A stretch of DNA of 64,000 nucleotides, taken from a virus (lineage: Duplodnaviria; Caudoviricetes). The position numbers and the translations under genes are program-made. Below, piece after piece: positions 8,180 through 17,537 of the stretch. The notes under the pieces were generated by a model. The model was not told where the DNA came from. It did no database searches and saw nothing but the letters and a program-made list of their open reading frames with translations. The stretch covers positions 1 to 64,000 of IMG/VR virus record IMGVR_UViG_3300017913_002143. One strand, given 5' to 3'. Numbering within the stretch: the first letter of the stretch is position 1; the number at the start of each line of letters is the position of its first letter.

Positions 8180-10405
8180 ATGAACAGTATGCAAAACCGA
8201 TTTGCAGACACACGCTCTTTTTTGTCTGAAACCAAATTCTATGAAAGCTATTCAAGATTCAAAGAAGATGGTGGTACGTACGAGACATGGAACGAAGCGG
8301 TCGATCGTGTTATCGAAATGCACGAGAACAATTATTCCGATAAAGTAGAAGAACTCAGTAAGTACATTGAAGAGGCTAGAGAAGCCTACAAAGAGCAGCG
8401 AGTGCTTGGTGCACAACGCGCTTTACAGTTTGGTGGTGAGCAACTGATGAAGCATCAGATGCGTATGTACAATTGTACATCATCATATGCAGATCGTCCT
8501 GCATTCTTTGGCGAGTTCTTTTATATTCTGTTATGTGGTGCTGGTGCGGGTTTTTCTGTACAGGAACATCATGTAGCAAAGCTACCACAGATTCAACAAC
8601 GTACAAAGCAAGCAAAAGGTTACATTGTAGAAGACTCAATCGAAGGTTGGGCATCTGCACTTGACGTATTGATGTCTTCATATATGGTAGGTGGTGGTAA
8701 GCACCCAGACTATGAGGGTCGTCGTGTATTCTTTGACTTGACTAATGTACGTCCAAAGGGTGCAAAGATCTCTGGTGGATTCAAAGCACCTGGTCCAGAA
8801 GGCTTACGTAAGTCTCTTGATAAAGTAGAACACATGCTACAAGGTATGGTTATGGATTCAAAAGATCCAGTTAACCTACGTCCTATCAACGTGTATGATA
8901 TTTGCATGCATGCAGCTGATGCTGTGCTGTCAGGGGGTGTTAGACGTTCAGCAACCATCTGTCTATTCTCACCAGAAGATGATGAGATGATGAATGCAAA
9001 GACAGGTAACTGGTTCATGGATAACCCACAACGTGGTCGTTCAAACAACTCAGCTGTTATCGTACGTGACGAAGCTACACCAGAGATGTTCTCAAAGATC
9101 ATGGACTCTGTTAAGTCATTTGGTGAGCCTGGTTTCTATTTCACAACATCTAAAGAACACACAACTAACCCTTGTGTTGAGATTGGTATGTTCCCTCAGT
9201 ACGAAGGTGAGTCTGGTTGGCAAGGATGTAACCTGACAGAGATTAATGGTGGCTTGTGTAAGACAGAAGAAGATTTCTACAAAGCATGTCGTGCAGGTGC
9301 TATCCTTGGAACATTACAAGCGGGATACACAGACTTCAAATTCTTGAGTCCTGTATCTAAAAAGATCTTCGATCGTGAGGCATTGCTTGGTGTCTCCATT
9401 ACAGGATGGATGAATAACCCAGATATTCTTTTCGATACGAAGGTCCTCAAAAAAGGAGCATCAATTGTTAAGAAAGTCAATAAAGAAGTGGCCGCCATTA
9501 TTGGTATTAACGCTGCTGCTCGCACTACTTGCGTTAAGCCAAGTGGTAATGCTTCCGTTCTATTGCAGACTGCTTCAGGTATTCATGCCGAGCATTCTCC
9601 AATGTACATAAGAAACATTCAGATGAATAAAGAGTCTGAAATCACTCAGGCAATTATTCGTTCGAATCCATATATGGTTGAGGAATCGGTATGGTCAGCG
9701 TCTGGAACAGATGTAGTAGTATCATTCCCAATCATTCCTCATAAAGGCTCCTACTTCAAGGATGACCTTTATGGGGTCAAGCATTTAGACCTTGTTAAGA
9801 AAGCTCAGAAGTATTGGGTTATCGAAGGTACTAATGAAGACCTTTGTGCAGACGAAGGTGTACGTCATAACGTATCAAATACAATTATTGTAAATGATTG
9901 GGATGATGTAGAGAAGTATGTATTTGAGAATCGTTATTCATTCTCAGGTATTTCATTCCTTGCTCCAACAGGAGATAAGGATTACAACCAAGCTCCTAAC
10001 ACAGCAGTTATCTCTTCACAAGAGATGGTTGACAAGTATGATGAAGGAGCTATCTTTGCATCTGGTATGGTAGTGGATGCTATGAAAGTATTTCCAAATC
10101 TTTGGACAGCATGTTCTACAGCTCAAGGTATGGGGGAAGACTTATCACTTGAGTCTAGTGAGAACTCTGCTAAGAAAGATTGGGTTCGTCGTTTTGAGAA
10201 CTTCTCAGAAAACTACTTTGATGGCAATCTAAAGAAAACTGAGTACTGCTTGAAAGATGCATACTTACTTCACAAATGGAACAAGATCCAAAAGAACTTG
10301 AAAGAGATTGATTGGAAGAACGATTTAACAGAAAAGGTATACACTGATGTCGACACGATTGGTGCGGCAGCGTGCGCGGGTGGTGCATGCGAAATCGACT
10401 TCTAA
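8180..10405 (+). CDS. nrdJ: Class II (adenosylcobalamin-dependent, monomeric RTPR-type) ribonucleotide reductase
   Basis: TNPCVEI, GCNLTEIN, TCVKPSGNAS, GGVRRSA motifs; C-terminal CAGGAC cysteine pair; no C-terminal YY pair; no adjacent nrdB. Confidence 0.85.
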   Translation: MNSMQNRFADTRSFLSETKFYESYSRFKEDGGTYETWNEAVDRVIEMHENNYSDKVEELSKYIEEAREAYKEQRVLGAQRALQFGGEQLMKHQMRMYNCTSSYADRPAFFGEFFYILLCGAGAGFSVQEHHVAKLPQIQQRTKQAKGYIVEDSIEGWASALDVLMSSYMVGGGKHPDYEGRRVFFDLTNVRPKGAKISGGFKAPGPEGLRKSLDKVEHMLQGMVMDSKDPVNLRPINVYDICMHAADAVLSGGVRRSATICLFSPEDDEMMNAKTGNWFMDNPQRGRSNNSAVIVRDEATPEMFSKIMDSVKSFGEPGFYFTTSKEHTTNPCVEIGMFPQYEGESGWQGCNLTEINGGLCKTEEDFYKACRAGAILGTLQAGYTDFKFLSPVSKKIFDREALLGVSITGWMNNPDILFDTKVLKKGASIVKKVNKEVAAIIGINAAARTTCVKPSGNASVLLQTASGIHAEHSPMYIRNIQMNKESEITQAIIRSNPYMVEESVWSASGTDVVVSFPIIPHKGSYFKDDLYGVKHLDLVKKAQKYWVIEGTNEDLCADEGVRHNVSNTIIVNDWDDVEKYVFENRYSFSGISFLAPTGDKDYNQAPNTAVISSQEMVDKYDEGAIFASGMVVDAMKVFPNLWTACSTAQGMGEDLSLESSENSAKKDWVRRFENFSENYFDGNLKKTEYCLKDAYLLHKWNKIQKNLKEIDWKNDLTEKVYTDVDTIGAAACAGGACEIDF

Positions 10406-10559
10406 TGTTCCATCACCCTGCATAAGGGTTTGCAAAATAGAGGACGACCACTGCTTAGGCTGTGGTCGTTCTTCTGACGAGATACGAGAATGGTTTTATT
10501 GTGACGATACTCGTAAAGAGGAGATACTAGAAAAAAGTGGAAAACGAATTCCGAATTGA
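10347..10559 (+). CDS. DUF1289-like Cys-rich small protein
   Basis: SPCIRVCKIEDDHCLGCGRSSDEIREW pattern; start uncertain, overlaps the nrdJ 3' end. Confidence 0.65.
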   Translation: MSTRLVRQRARVVHAKSTSNVPSPCIRVCKIEDDHCLGCGRSSDEIREWFYCDDTRKEEILEKSGKRIPN

Positions 10560-10680
10560 ATGTGAAGAGTGCGACTCAGTGACAATCGTATTGGTGGATG
10601 ATGGGGGTCGGCCAGAGTTTTGTCCAGTGTGTGGTCGTAGAGCAGAAGTAGAGGACATATCAAATCCTGATATGGATTAA
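10537..10680 (+). CDS. Small zinc-ribbon protein (47 aa, GTG start)
   Basis: Read manually: MENEFRIECEECDS...EFCPVCGRRAEVEDISNPDMD, two CxxC pairs; GGAG upstream. Confidence 0.55.
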   Translation: MENEFRIECEECDSVTIVLVDDGGRPEFCPVCGRRAEVEDISNPDMD

Positions 10681-10681
10681 A

Positions 10682-10930
10682 ATGTACAATAAAGAATTTA
10701 GTCTGAACCCCACAGACATTGATATAATAGAAAACGCATTACGCAAAGAAATCAACAGACTCAATGTATCAAGACAAACAGTCATTGAGTCAACCATTCA
10801 GCCACCCGAAAGCATTGCTTCAGTCAAAGAAGCCGACGGTCAAATAAAAATAATAACAGAGCTGCTTGGTAGACTACACAACCAGAAGCAGTGGTACCAC
10901 CCAAAAGATAGAGTCTATGTTTCTGGTTGA
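10682..10930 (+). CDS. Hypothetical protein
   Basis: 82 aa ORF in operon context. Confidence 0.5.
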   Translation: MYNKEFSLNPTDIDIIENALRKEINRLNVSRQTVIESTIQPPESIASVKEADGQIKIITELLGRLHNQKQWYHPKDRVYVSG

Positions 10931-10955
10931 CCTTTTCCTGTAAAGCATATATAAT
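10927..10955 (+). promoter_or_regulatory. Sigma70-type promoter
   Basis: TTGACC-17 bp-TATAAT. Confidence 0.6.
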
Positions 10956-10958
10956 AGT

Positions 10959-11372
10959 ATGTGGACATATAATGGAAAAGAATATGATGATCAACCCAAC
11001 GACTATCAGGGCTTCGTCTACCTCATCACAGAGCTGGATACAGGCAAGAAGTATATCGGTAAAAAGAACTTCTGGCGCCCAAAAGTATTACCTAAAAATT
11101 CAAAGAGAAGTAGAAACGTGCGAACCCGTGCCCCATCTGATTGGCGCACCTATTTCGGCTCAAGTACAGATCTACAAACTCTTAAAGAAGAAAAAGGACC
11201 AGACAACTACAAACGAGAGATTATTAGACTCTGCCGAACAAAAGGAGAAATGTCCTACTATGAGGCAAAAGCTCAGTTCGATAATGACGTACTACTTTCC
11301 GATGAGTGGTACAATGAGTTCATAGGTTGTAAGATTCATTCTAAACATTTACCACAGTGGCTTAAGGAATAG
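10959..11372 (+). CDS. GIY-YIG-like endonuclease-family protein
   Basis: GFVYLITELDTGKKYIGKK ... YFGSS motifs. Confidence 0.65.
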   Translation: MWTYNGKEYDDQPNDYQGFVYLITELDTGKKYIGKKNFWRPKVLPKNSKRSRNVRTRAPSDWRTYFGSSTDLQTLKEEKGPDNYKREIIRLCRTKGEMSYYEAKAQFDNDVLLSDEWYNEFIGCKIHSKHLPQWLKE

Positions 11373-11375
11373 ATT

Positions 11376-12230
11376 ATGATATTGATTGACTTTAATGGTT
11401 TGGCAGTTGCAACAGTAGCTGTCAATAAGACTGATGATCCTAACTTACTGAGACATATGATACTGAACAGTCTTCGGTTGCATAGAACTCAGTTCAAGAA
11501 AGATTATGGTGAGTTAGTTATTTGTTGCGAAGGTATTGGTAACTGGAGGAAGGATTACTTTCCACAGTACAAAGCCAATCGTAAGAAGTACAGAGAACAG
11601 TCCGACATTGATTGGAACGAAGCATTCCGTGTACTGAGTGAAGTACGTGATGAGATCAAAGCAAACTTCCCGTACAAAGTTATTCAGGTTGATAAGTGTG
11701 AAGCTGATGACATCATTGGAGTACTTGCATCTAACACTCAAGAGTTTGGCCAGTATGAAGATGTACTAATTATCTCTGCCGATAAAGACTTTATGCAGCT
11801 GCAGAAGTATCCAAACGTACATCAGTACAATCCTATCCAGAAAAAGTTTTACAAAGAGGATGCTCCAAAAGCAAACTTGATTGCAAAGATATTGAAAGGT
11901 GACACAGGTGATGGTGTACCTAATGTAATGTCTGATGATGATACCTTTGTTACAGAAGGCAAGCGTCAGAATAAATTGTCTAAGAAGAAGATGGAAGAGA
12001 TTGTTGAAGATCTTGCAGATGGTGAATTACTTTATGCAGCTTCATGGTATCGTAACTACCAACGCAATGAGACTCTAATCGATCTTGATAAGACTCCAGA
12101 GGATCTAAAATTTAAAATTGTTTCAGAATTTAATGAACAAGATCCTAGTAAAAACAAAGGTATGGTGTTCCCATATCTTATAAATAAAAACATGAAAATG
12201 TTGATTGAATCCGTAGAGGAATTTATCTAA
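11376..12230 (+). CDS. rnh: T4-type RNase H / 5'-3' exonuclease
   Basis: ILIDFN, WRKDYFPQYKANR, EADDIIG, ISADKDFMQL, KGDTGDGVPNV motifs. Confidence 0.92.
   Translation: MILIDFNGLAVATVAVNKTDDPNLLRHMILNSLRLHRTQFKKDYGELVICCEGIGNWRKDYFPQYKANRKKYREQSDIDWNEAFRVLSEVRDEIKANFPYKVIQVDKCEADDIIGVLASNTQEFGQYEDVLIISADKDFMQLQKYPNVHQYNPIQKKFYKEDAPKANLIAKILKGDTGDGVPNVMSDDDTFVTEGKRQNKLSKKKMEEIVEDLADGELLYAASWYRNYQRNETLIDLDKTPEDLKFKIVSEFNEQDPSKNKGMVFPYLINKNMKMLIESVEEFI
12179..12186 (+). promoter_or_regulatory. T4 late promoter (inside rnh 3' end)
   Basis: Exact TATAAATA 43 nt before the next ORF. Confidence 0.45.
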
Positions 12231-12646
12231 TGGCTAAAATGGTATTTGAAGTGCTGACCGAAGCAGGCAGCAAAAGATCTAAAGCACAACGCATTAAGGT
12301 CTTACAAGATAATGAGTCTTGGGCTTTGAAAGACGTACTAAGAGGTACTTTTGACTCAACCGTTCAATGGATCTTACCTGAAGGTGAACCACCATACACT
12401 CCATCCGAAGTACATAACTATCCAACTAATCTGTTGCGAGAGCATAAGAAGTTTGGTTACTTTGCTCGTGGTGGCTATGGCAAGGATATGCCAAAGTTCA
12501 AAATTGAAAAGATGTATATTGGGATTCTAGAAGGTGTTCATCCAGAGGATGCAAGAGCCATCATCAGTATGATTAACAAAGAACCACCCAAGAATATTAC
12601 ACGAGAGATTGTCAAGGAGGCATTTCCTGGTCTACTACTGGACTAA
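12230..12646 (+). CDS. Conserved hypothetical protein of T4-like phages, downstream of rnh
   Basis: LPEGEPPY...ILEGVHPEDA motifs. Confidence 0.6.
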   Translation: MAKMVFEVLTEAGSKRSKAQRIKVLQDNESWALKDVLRGTFDSTVQWILPEGEPPYTPSEVHNYPTNLLREHKKFGYFARGGYGKDMPKFKIEKMYIGILEGVHPEDARAIISMINKEPPKNITREIVKEAFPGLLLD

Positions 12647-12680
12647 CATTCTCCATCATTTAACACTTAACCACAACCAA

Positions 12681-12711
12681 GAGTGTGCACGTTCGTGTAC
12701 GCTCTTTTTTT
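12681..12711 (+). terminator. Rho-independent terminator
   Basis: GAGTGTGCAC-GTTC-GTGTACGCTC stem (with G-U pairs) followed by T7. Confidence 0.65.
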
Positions 12712-12725
12712 ATAGGACACTACTA

Positions 12726-12893
12726 ATGGTATTAGCACAAATCGACCGGCTCAAAAAAGACGCAACCGAACTCGAGATCTATGCACGGAAGCTCGTGAAA
12801 CGTGGACAGGAATCTAGAGCGGCGAAGATACTAAAGAAGCGTGAGTTTATTCAACGACAACTTGATAATGTGGTGCCTGCCAATTCTCCTTAA
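12726..12893 (+). CDS. Small hypothetical protein
   Basis: AGGA SD then MVLAQIDRLKKDATELEIYARKL; 3' part of the 12609 ORF. Confidence 0.5.
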   Translation: MVLAQIDRLKKDATELEIYARKLVKRGQESRAAKILKKREFIQRQLDNVVPANSP

Positions 12894-12908
12894 ATAAAAA
12901 CTTAGCTG

Positions 12909-12937
12909 TTGACGAAACGCCTTTCTCGCTGTATAAT
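12909..12937 (+). promoter_or_regulatory. Sigma70-type early promoter
   Basis: TTGACG-17 bp-TATAAT with A-rich UP element. Confidence 0.75.
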
Positions 12938-12973
12938 AAGTAAATCACTTGGCGAGAATAGGGATACTATGTT

Positions 12974-13546
12974 ATGAACATATTTGTGCTAGATAAAGAT
13001 CCAATTGTAGCAGCTCAGCTTCAATGTGATAGACATGTAGTTAAGATGACTACAGAGTCTGCTCAAATGTTATCTACAGCTCATAGACTTTTGGATGGAG
13101 CTCCAATCAAGAGACCATCTAAGTCTGGTAAGACTATGCGTACTTACTATTGTCTATATGAAGGTGCAGATGACTTAGAAGCAGAACTTTTGTATATGGC
13201 TAATGTACATGAGAAACATCCTTGTACCTTATGGACTATGGAATCAGAAGCTAACTATCGTTGGCACTGGGAGCATCTACGCGCACTTAGTGAAGAGTAT
13301 ACATATAGATATGGTAGGACTCATAAGGTAGGTATTGAACTGCTATGGGGCTTGCAATCACCACCTAGGAATATTCCTAAAGGACCTATGACTGAATTCA
13401 AGCTGGCTATGAAAGATCAGCCGCAATGCATGCATATTGGTGATCCTGTAAAGTCGTATCAAGAGTTCTATCAGACTAAGAAGTTTAAAATGGTTTGGAC
13501 AAAGAGGACGATGCCATCATGGTACAAATTAACTCAAGCAGCGTAG
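12974..13546 (+). CDS. Pyrimidine-dimer DNA glycosylase (DenV/Pyr_excise) family protein
   Basis: MNIFVLDKDPIVAAQLQCDRHVVKMTTESAQMLSTAH and HEKHPCTLW motifs. Confidence 0.7.
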   Translation: MNIFVLDKDPIVAAQLQCDRHVVKMTTESAQMLSTAHRLLDGAPIKRPSKSGKTMRTYYCLYEGADDLEAELLYMANVHEKHPCTLWTMESEANYRWHWEHLRALSEEYTYRYGRTHKVGIELLWGLQSPPRNIPKGPMTEFKLAMKDQPQCMHIGDPVKSYQEFYQTKKFKMVWTKRTMPSWYKLTQAA

Positions 13547-13707
13547 ATGAATTAGATTATCTTTCAGTATTAGAATGTGAAGTAAGACTGTTACATGATC
13601 GTCTACAGCCACATGATACTGGACATCTACATACTACAATAGGAGTTCTTAAAGAACGTATTGAAGAAGTAAAGGAACAGATACGTGCCAATATACACGC
13701 TGCGTAA
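13519..13707 (+). CDS. Hypothetical protein
   Basis: Coiled-coil-like ORF; ATG at 13519 with AGAGGA upstream. Confidence 0.45.
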   Translation: MVQINSSSVDELDYLSVLECEVRLLHDRLQPHDTGHLHTTIGVLKERIEEVKEQIRANIHAA

Positions 13708-13918
13708 AAAATCTACTGACGAAGTTTTTGATGTTAATGTAAAGTTTGACGATCTTGCACAATTATTAGAAGATGATGATATAGAGAGAGTTCTTGTGCC
13801 TCCTAAGTTTGTGTCTGATGATGGAAGATCAAATGTGACACGAGCTGGTAGTGAGTGGCGAGATCTTATGGGTAGAATTAAAAAGGGATCAGGCTCAGGA
13901 AATACAATTAAGACATGA
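13685..13918 (+). CDS. Small FmdB-like hypothetical protein (Cys lost)
   Basis: MPIYTLR N-terminus and DLMGRIKKGSG C-terminus typical of the gene preceding phoH in T4-like phages. Confidence 0.5.
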   Translation: MPIYTLRKKSTDEVFDVNVKFDDLAQLLEDDDIERVLVPPKFVSDDGRSNVTRAGSEWRDLMGRIKKGSGSGNTIKT

Positions 13919-14592
13919 GTAAAGCAACAGCACGAATAGAAGACCTATATAACTATGAGCCACAAACAGATAACCAGAAAAGAGCGTATGATGCATGGGA
14001 TGACGGAGATAATCTGGTCCTTGCTGGTTCAGCTGGTACTGGTAAAACTTTTGTTGCGTTATACTTGGCATTGGAGGCAGTTCTCGAGCGAGAGACGGCT
14101 TATGATAAAGTTATTATTGTCAGGTCGGTAGTCCCAACCAGAGACATGGGTTATCTACCAGGAACGGTAGAAGAAAAGAAAGAGGTGTTTGAGACACCAT
14201 ACAAGGCTATATGTTTTGAGCTGTTTAATGATTCAGCTACATATAATAAGATGGTTAGTAGCCATCAGTTGGAATTTATCACTACGTCGTTCATACGGGG
14301 ACTAACAATCGACAACGCGGTGATCATTGTGGATGAGATGCAGAATCTCAACTTCCACGAACTTGATTCTGTTATCACACGAGTAGGTAACAATTGCAGA
14401 ATCATATTTAGCGGAGACTATCACCAGTCTGACTTCAAGGATGAAGCGGAACGGAATGGTGTCCAGAGATTCTTACGGATAGTAGAACAACTGAAGAACT
14501 TTAGTGTGATTACTTTTGGTTGGCAAGATATTGTAAGATCAGACTTTCTTCGTGATTATATTATGACGAAGGAGATGCTAGGAATGAAGTAA
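13915..14592 (+). CDS. phoH: PhoH-family ATPase
   Basis: GSAGTGKT Walker A, GYLPG, RGLTIDNAVIIVDEMQN, GDYHQSD, DIVRS. Confidence 0.93.
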   Translation: MSKATARIEDLYNYEPQTDNQKRAYDAWDDGDNLVLAGSAGTGKTFVALYLALEAVLERETAYDKVIIVRSVVPTRDMGYLPGTVEEKKEVFETPYKAICFELFNDSATYNKMVSSHQLEFITTSFIRGLTIDNAVIIVDEMQNLNFHELDSVITRVGNNCRIIFSGDYHQSDFKDEAERNGVQRFLRIVEQLKNFSVITFGWQDIVRSDFLRDYIMTKEMLGMK

Positions 14593-14996
14593 TGTTGAAT
14601 TTTAGATCTATAATGCTTGCCTTTTTATTAGTTATTGTCGCACTTGTTACAATGAATGCTGCAATGGCACAAGAGCTAGAGGGACCATCAGCCCCTCTGT
14701 ATAACAAACCTGTTATCTGTGCTCCAACTCTTGAAGCCGCAATGGAGATGTTATCACAGGTAAAGAAAGATGGCATGAAGCCTCTAATGTATTTTTATGG
14801 CAACTCTTTCAATGGTGATGGGTCTGGCTTTAAGTCAGATTTCTTTGTTATGTTTGATCCAGATGATGATCAAGTAACAATTGTTGAAAGGCAGCCAATG
14901 AATGGCTTCACGTGTCTTCTTGCAGGTGGAACAGGTACTGTTGTATTTGACCCAGAAGAACTCGAAGGATTGATTGGTTGGAATGACATTCCATGA
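14592..14996 (+). CDS. Secreted/periplasmic hypothetical protein
   Basis: N-terminal signal peptide (AAMA-QE); KPVIC and TCLLAGG cysteine pair. Confidence 0.55.
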   Translation: MLNFRSIMLAFLLVIVALVTMNAAMAQELEGPSAPLYNKPVICAPTLEAAMEMLSQVKKDGMKPLMYFYGNSFNGDGSGFKSDFFVMFDPDDDQVTIVERQPMNGFTCLLAGGTGTVVFDPEELEGLIGWNDIP

Positions 14997-15241
14997 AGTA
15001 CTATATACTTATAGTTATGTTTGCTTCACCAGGTGAATATGTTGAACATTTCTTGTATGACAAGATGCCTTTCAAAGATGTTGAAGAGTGTCAAGCATTT
15101 GGTCAACAATACTGGCAACCGTTGACAAACTTAGCTGAGATGAAGTATAATGGTAAACCATGGGGCAATATGTTTTGTATTCCGGAATATAGTGCCAATG
15201 AAGAATTGATAGGTAATACTCTAAATGGCAAAGGTGTTTGA
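14993..15241 (+). CDS. Hypothetical protein
   Basis: 82 aa, hydrophobic N-terminus, two Cys. Confidence 0.5.
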   Translation: MKYYILIVMFASPGEYVEHFLYDKMPFKDVEECQAFGQQYWQPLTNLAEMKYNGKPWGNMFCIPEYSANEELIGNTLNGKGV

Positions 15242-15899
15242 GCATGTTGAACTGGATCTTGGATATTCTGATCTGGATACGGACACAACCCCAGAACGCA
15301 GGTTATATGTTGCTCCTGATGGTAGTAAGTATCCTAGCGTTACAACTGTACTAAGTATAATCAATGAAGAATCAATCCGACGATGGAGACAACGAGTCGG
15401 AGAAGAGGAAGCAAATAAGATTGGCACTCGAGCTTCTAATCGCGGTAGTGCTGTACATAGTATTATCGAAGAGTATTTGAAAAATGAAGATACTTCAAAC
15501 TATCTACCACACATTCAACAAAGTCTCCTCAACCTTAAACCAATCCTTGACAAATCCATTGGAAAGATCTACGGACTTGAAGTTGCTCTCTTCAGTCGGT
15601 ATCTTGGTATGGCTGGTCGTTGCGATTGCATAGCGGAGTTTGATGGTGTACCGTCGATTATTGATTTCAAGACCTCGCGTCGTCCAAAACAAAAGGAAAA
15701 GATTTCTAACTACTTTGCACAGGCGTCGGCTTATGCAATTATGTTCGAAGAGAGGACTGGGATGGCAATCCCAAACACCGTCATACTTATGGACGTGGAC
15801 GAATACGGGCCGGTTGTTTTCAAGGAGAACAGAGACAACTACACAAAGCTATTATTAGACACAAAGGCAGAATATGACAGACGTAAACTCTTTCATTGA
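15225..15899 (+). CDS. PD-(D/E)XK (Cas4-like) exonuclease
   Basis: YPSVTTVLS, RGSAVH, AGRCDCI, IIDFKTS, YFAQASAYA motifs. Confidence 0.85.
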   Translation: MAKVFEHVELDLGYSDLDTDTTPERRLYVAPDGSKYPSVTTVLSIINEESIRRWRQRVGEEEANKIGTRASNRGSAVHSIIEEYLKNEDTSNYLPHIQQSLLNLKPILDKSIGKIYGLEVALFSRYLGMAGRCDCIAEFDGVPSIIDFKTSRRPKQKEKISNYFAQASAYAIMFEERTGMAIPNTVILMDVDEYGPVVFKENRDNYTKLLLDTKAEYDRRKLFH

Positions 15900-16515
15900 T
15901 GAAGAAAAGGTTTGGCAAACAATTGATCCAAATCTTATGTGGATCATGGATAAACTTATCCTATCGTCAAAGTTAGAATATACTTGTGGTCCTGTTGGTA
16001 CTCCTGTACCAAAACCAGATTGGTATATGGTCCGTCCTTGTGTCAATGCATTGGGTTTAGGGTTAGGTGCTGAGAAAGTATGGATTGATGATAACACCAA
16101 TCATCTTACTCCAGGTCACTTCTGGTGTGAATGGTTTGAAGGTAGACACTTCACAGTAGATTATCATTATGGATTACCAAACCTAATTGTAGAAGGATTT
16201 AAAGAACCAGACACATTTACCAATTGGAGTAAGTGGCAAAAAGCAGATGACTGGGATGCTGTTGAGCGAGTATTTGATTTCCCAAAGATCTTAGATCCTA
16301 TTATTGATCAGCCATGGGTCAATTGTGAATTTATTGGTAACAAACTCATAGAAGTACATCTTAGACGTAATCCAGACTTCCAGTGGGATAATAAAGAATT
16401 TATTCCACACTTCTTTGAGCCAGGTATGGCTGAGATGTTAGATATGCACGAAGAAGGATACAACTGGGTTGACTATCCAGACATCCATGGCCGATTTGGT
16501 GCATTCGTAAAATAA
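15874..16515 (+). CDS. Conserved hypothetical protein, possible ATP-grasp fold
   Basis: VRPCVNALGLG, WCEWFEGRHFTVD, NCEFIGNKLIEVHLR resemble ATP-grasp motifs. Confidence 0.4.
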   Translation: MTDVNSFIDEEKVWQTIDPNLMWIMDKLILSSKLEYTCGPVGTPVPKPDWYMVRPCVNALGLGLGAEKVWIDDNTNHLTPGHFWCEWFEGRHFTVDYHYGLPNLIVEGFKEPDTFTNWSKWQKADDWDAVERVFDFPKILDPIIDQPWVNCEFIGNKLIEVHLRRNPDFQWDNKEFIPHFFEPGMAEMLDMHEEGYNWVDYPDIHGRFGAFVK

Positions 16516-16538
16516 TTCAAATAATTTTAAAATAACTG

Positions 16539-16567
16539 TTTACCTTTTCTGAAAAGTGGTGTATAAT
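16539..16567 (+). promoter_or_regulatory. Sigma70-type early promoter
   Basis: TTTACC-17 bp-TATAAT, AT-rich UP element, spacer contains palindrome TTTTCTGAAAA. Confidence 0.75.
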
Positions 16568-16596
16568 ATTAGTATAACCAGAGAAGGAGCTAAATT

Positions 16597-17004
16597 ATGT
16601 GGTTAGAAAATTCTTGTAAAGATCTTGAGCCTTGGATTGATGCATTGAATGAACGTGTACCATTCAAGGGTGCATGTGAACTGAAGTATACAAAGAACAA
16701 GTCTTTGGATCGCTTCCGTCGTGCACAGAATGTTGTTCATGATATCTTTAATAACGGTCTGATGAATCGTTATCGTGAGCTTCGTGTTCTTGATAAGAAT
16801 CTTCGTGTACGTGATTTACCTATTCATGCATCTAATGAAGATAAGTGGGATATTGTTGAAGAGCGGGTTGCTCCTCACTTCCGCATCATTGTTGAGAATG
16901 CAGTATTTGAACAGTTTGGTCGTGATGAGTATCTTCGTATGATGCACAACAGATCAAGCAATATTATTAACCAAGCAATTGAAGATGGAAGGATCTCTGC
17001 ATGA
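16597..17004 (+). CDS. Hypothetical early protein
   Basis: SD AAGGAG; first gene after a strong promoter. Confidence 0.55.
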   Translation: MWLENSCKDLEPWIDALNERVPFKGACELKYTKNKSLDRFRRAQNVVHDIFNNGLMNRYRELRVLDKNLRVRDLPIHASNEDKWDIVEERVAPHFRIIVENAVFEQFGRDEYLRMMHNRSSNIINQAIEDGRISA

Positions 17005-17537
17005 TTTATTTGGATATGGATGGAGTCATTGCTGACTTCTTTGGTGGAATTGAAGATCGGTTTAATGTTAGACATTGGAAAGATCTAAAGTGGAAAGAAG
17101 AAGTGTTTGCACAACTTGCATATACAGACTTCTTTGATACACTTCCATGCTTCTTTGATGGTAAGAAAAACTTATCAGCTAAGATTGTAGATCACGTCAA
17201 GCTACAAGCGTTTGAGAATGATATCCAGTGGGGTATCTGTTCATCTCCTATGCGTGGTGATGAGACAAACTCTATCTATCACAAACGTGTATGGTTAGAG
17301 CGTATGAACTTCATGCCAGAAGTTTGTAACTGTATCTTTACATCAAACAAACACAAGTATGCTATGAGTCCTATTGATGGCAGACCTAACATTTTGATTG
17401 ATGATAAGCCCGAGAATATCTACCGCTGGGAGCAAGCTGGTGGGCTTGGTATTCGCTTTCAATGTAACCAGGATGATATTGAAGAGTATCTTTTTGAGCA
17501 ACTTCAAGATTGTCTAACTGTGAGGATGGATGGATGA
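17001..17537 (+). CDS. 5'(3')-deoxyribonucleotidase, HAD family
   Basis: IYLDMDGVIADF motif I and ILIDDKPEN motif IV. Confidence 0.8.
   Translation: MIYLDMDGVIADFFGGIEDRFNVRHWKDLKWKEEVFAQLAYTDFFDTLPCFFDGKKNLSAKIVDHVKLQAFENDIQWGICSSPMRGDETNSIYHKRVWLERMNFMPEVCNCIFTSNKHKYAMSPIDGRPNILIDDKPENIYRWEQAGGLGIRFQCNQDDIEEYLFEQLQDCLTVRMDG

Noticed and set aside
8180-10405. Intron or intein in the RNR gene
   Set aside because: The ORF is continuous and of normal length, with no splicing motifs.
10959-11372. GIY-YIG ORF as a mobile homing endonuclease
   Set aside because: Only 137 aa, no DNA-binding tail, and not inside an intron; it looks like a resident T4-like gene next to rnh.
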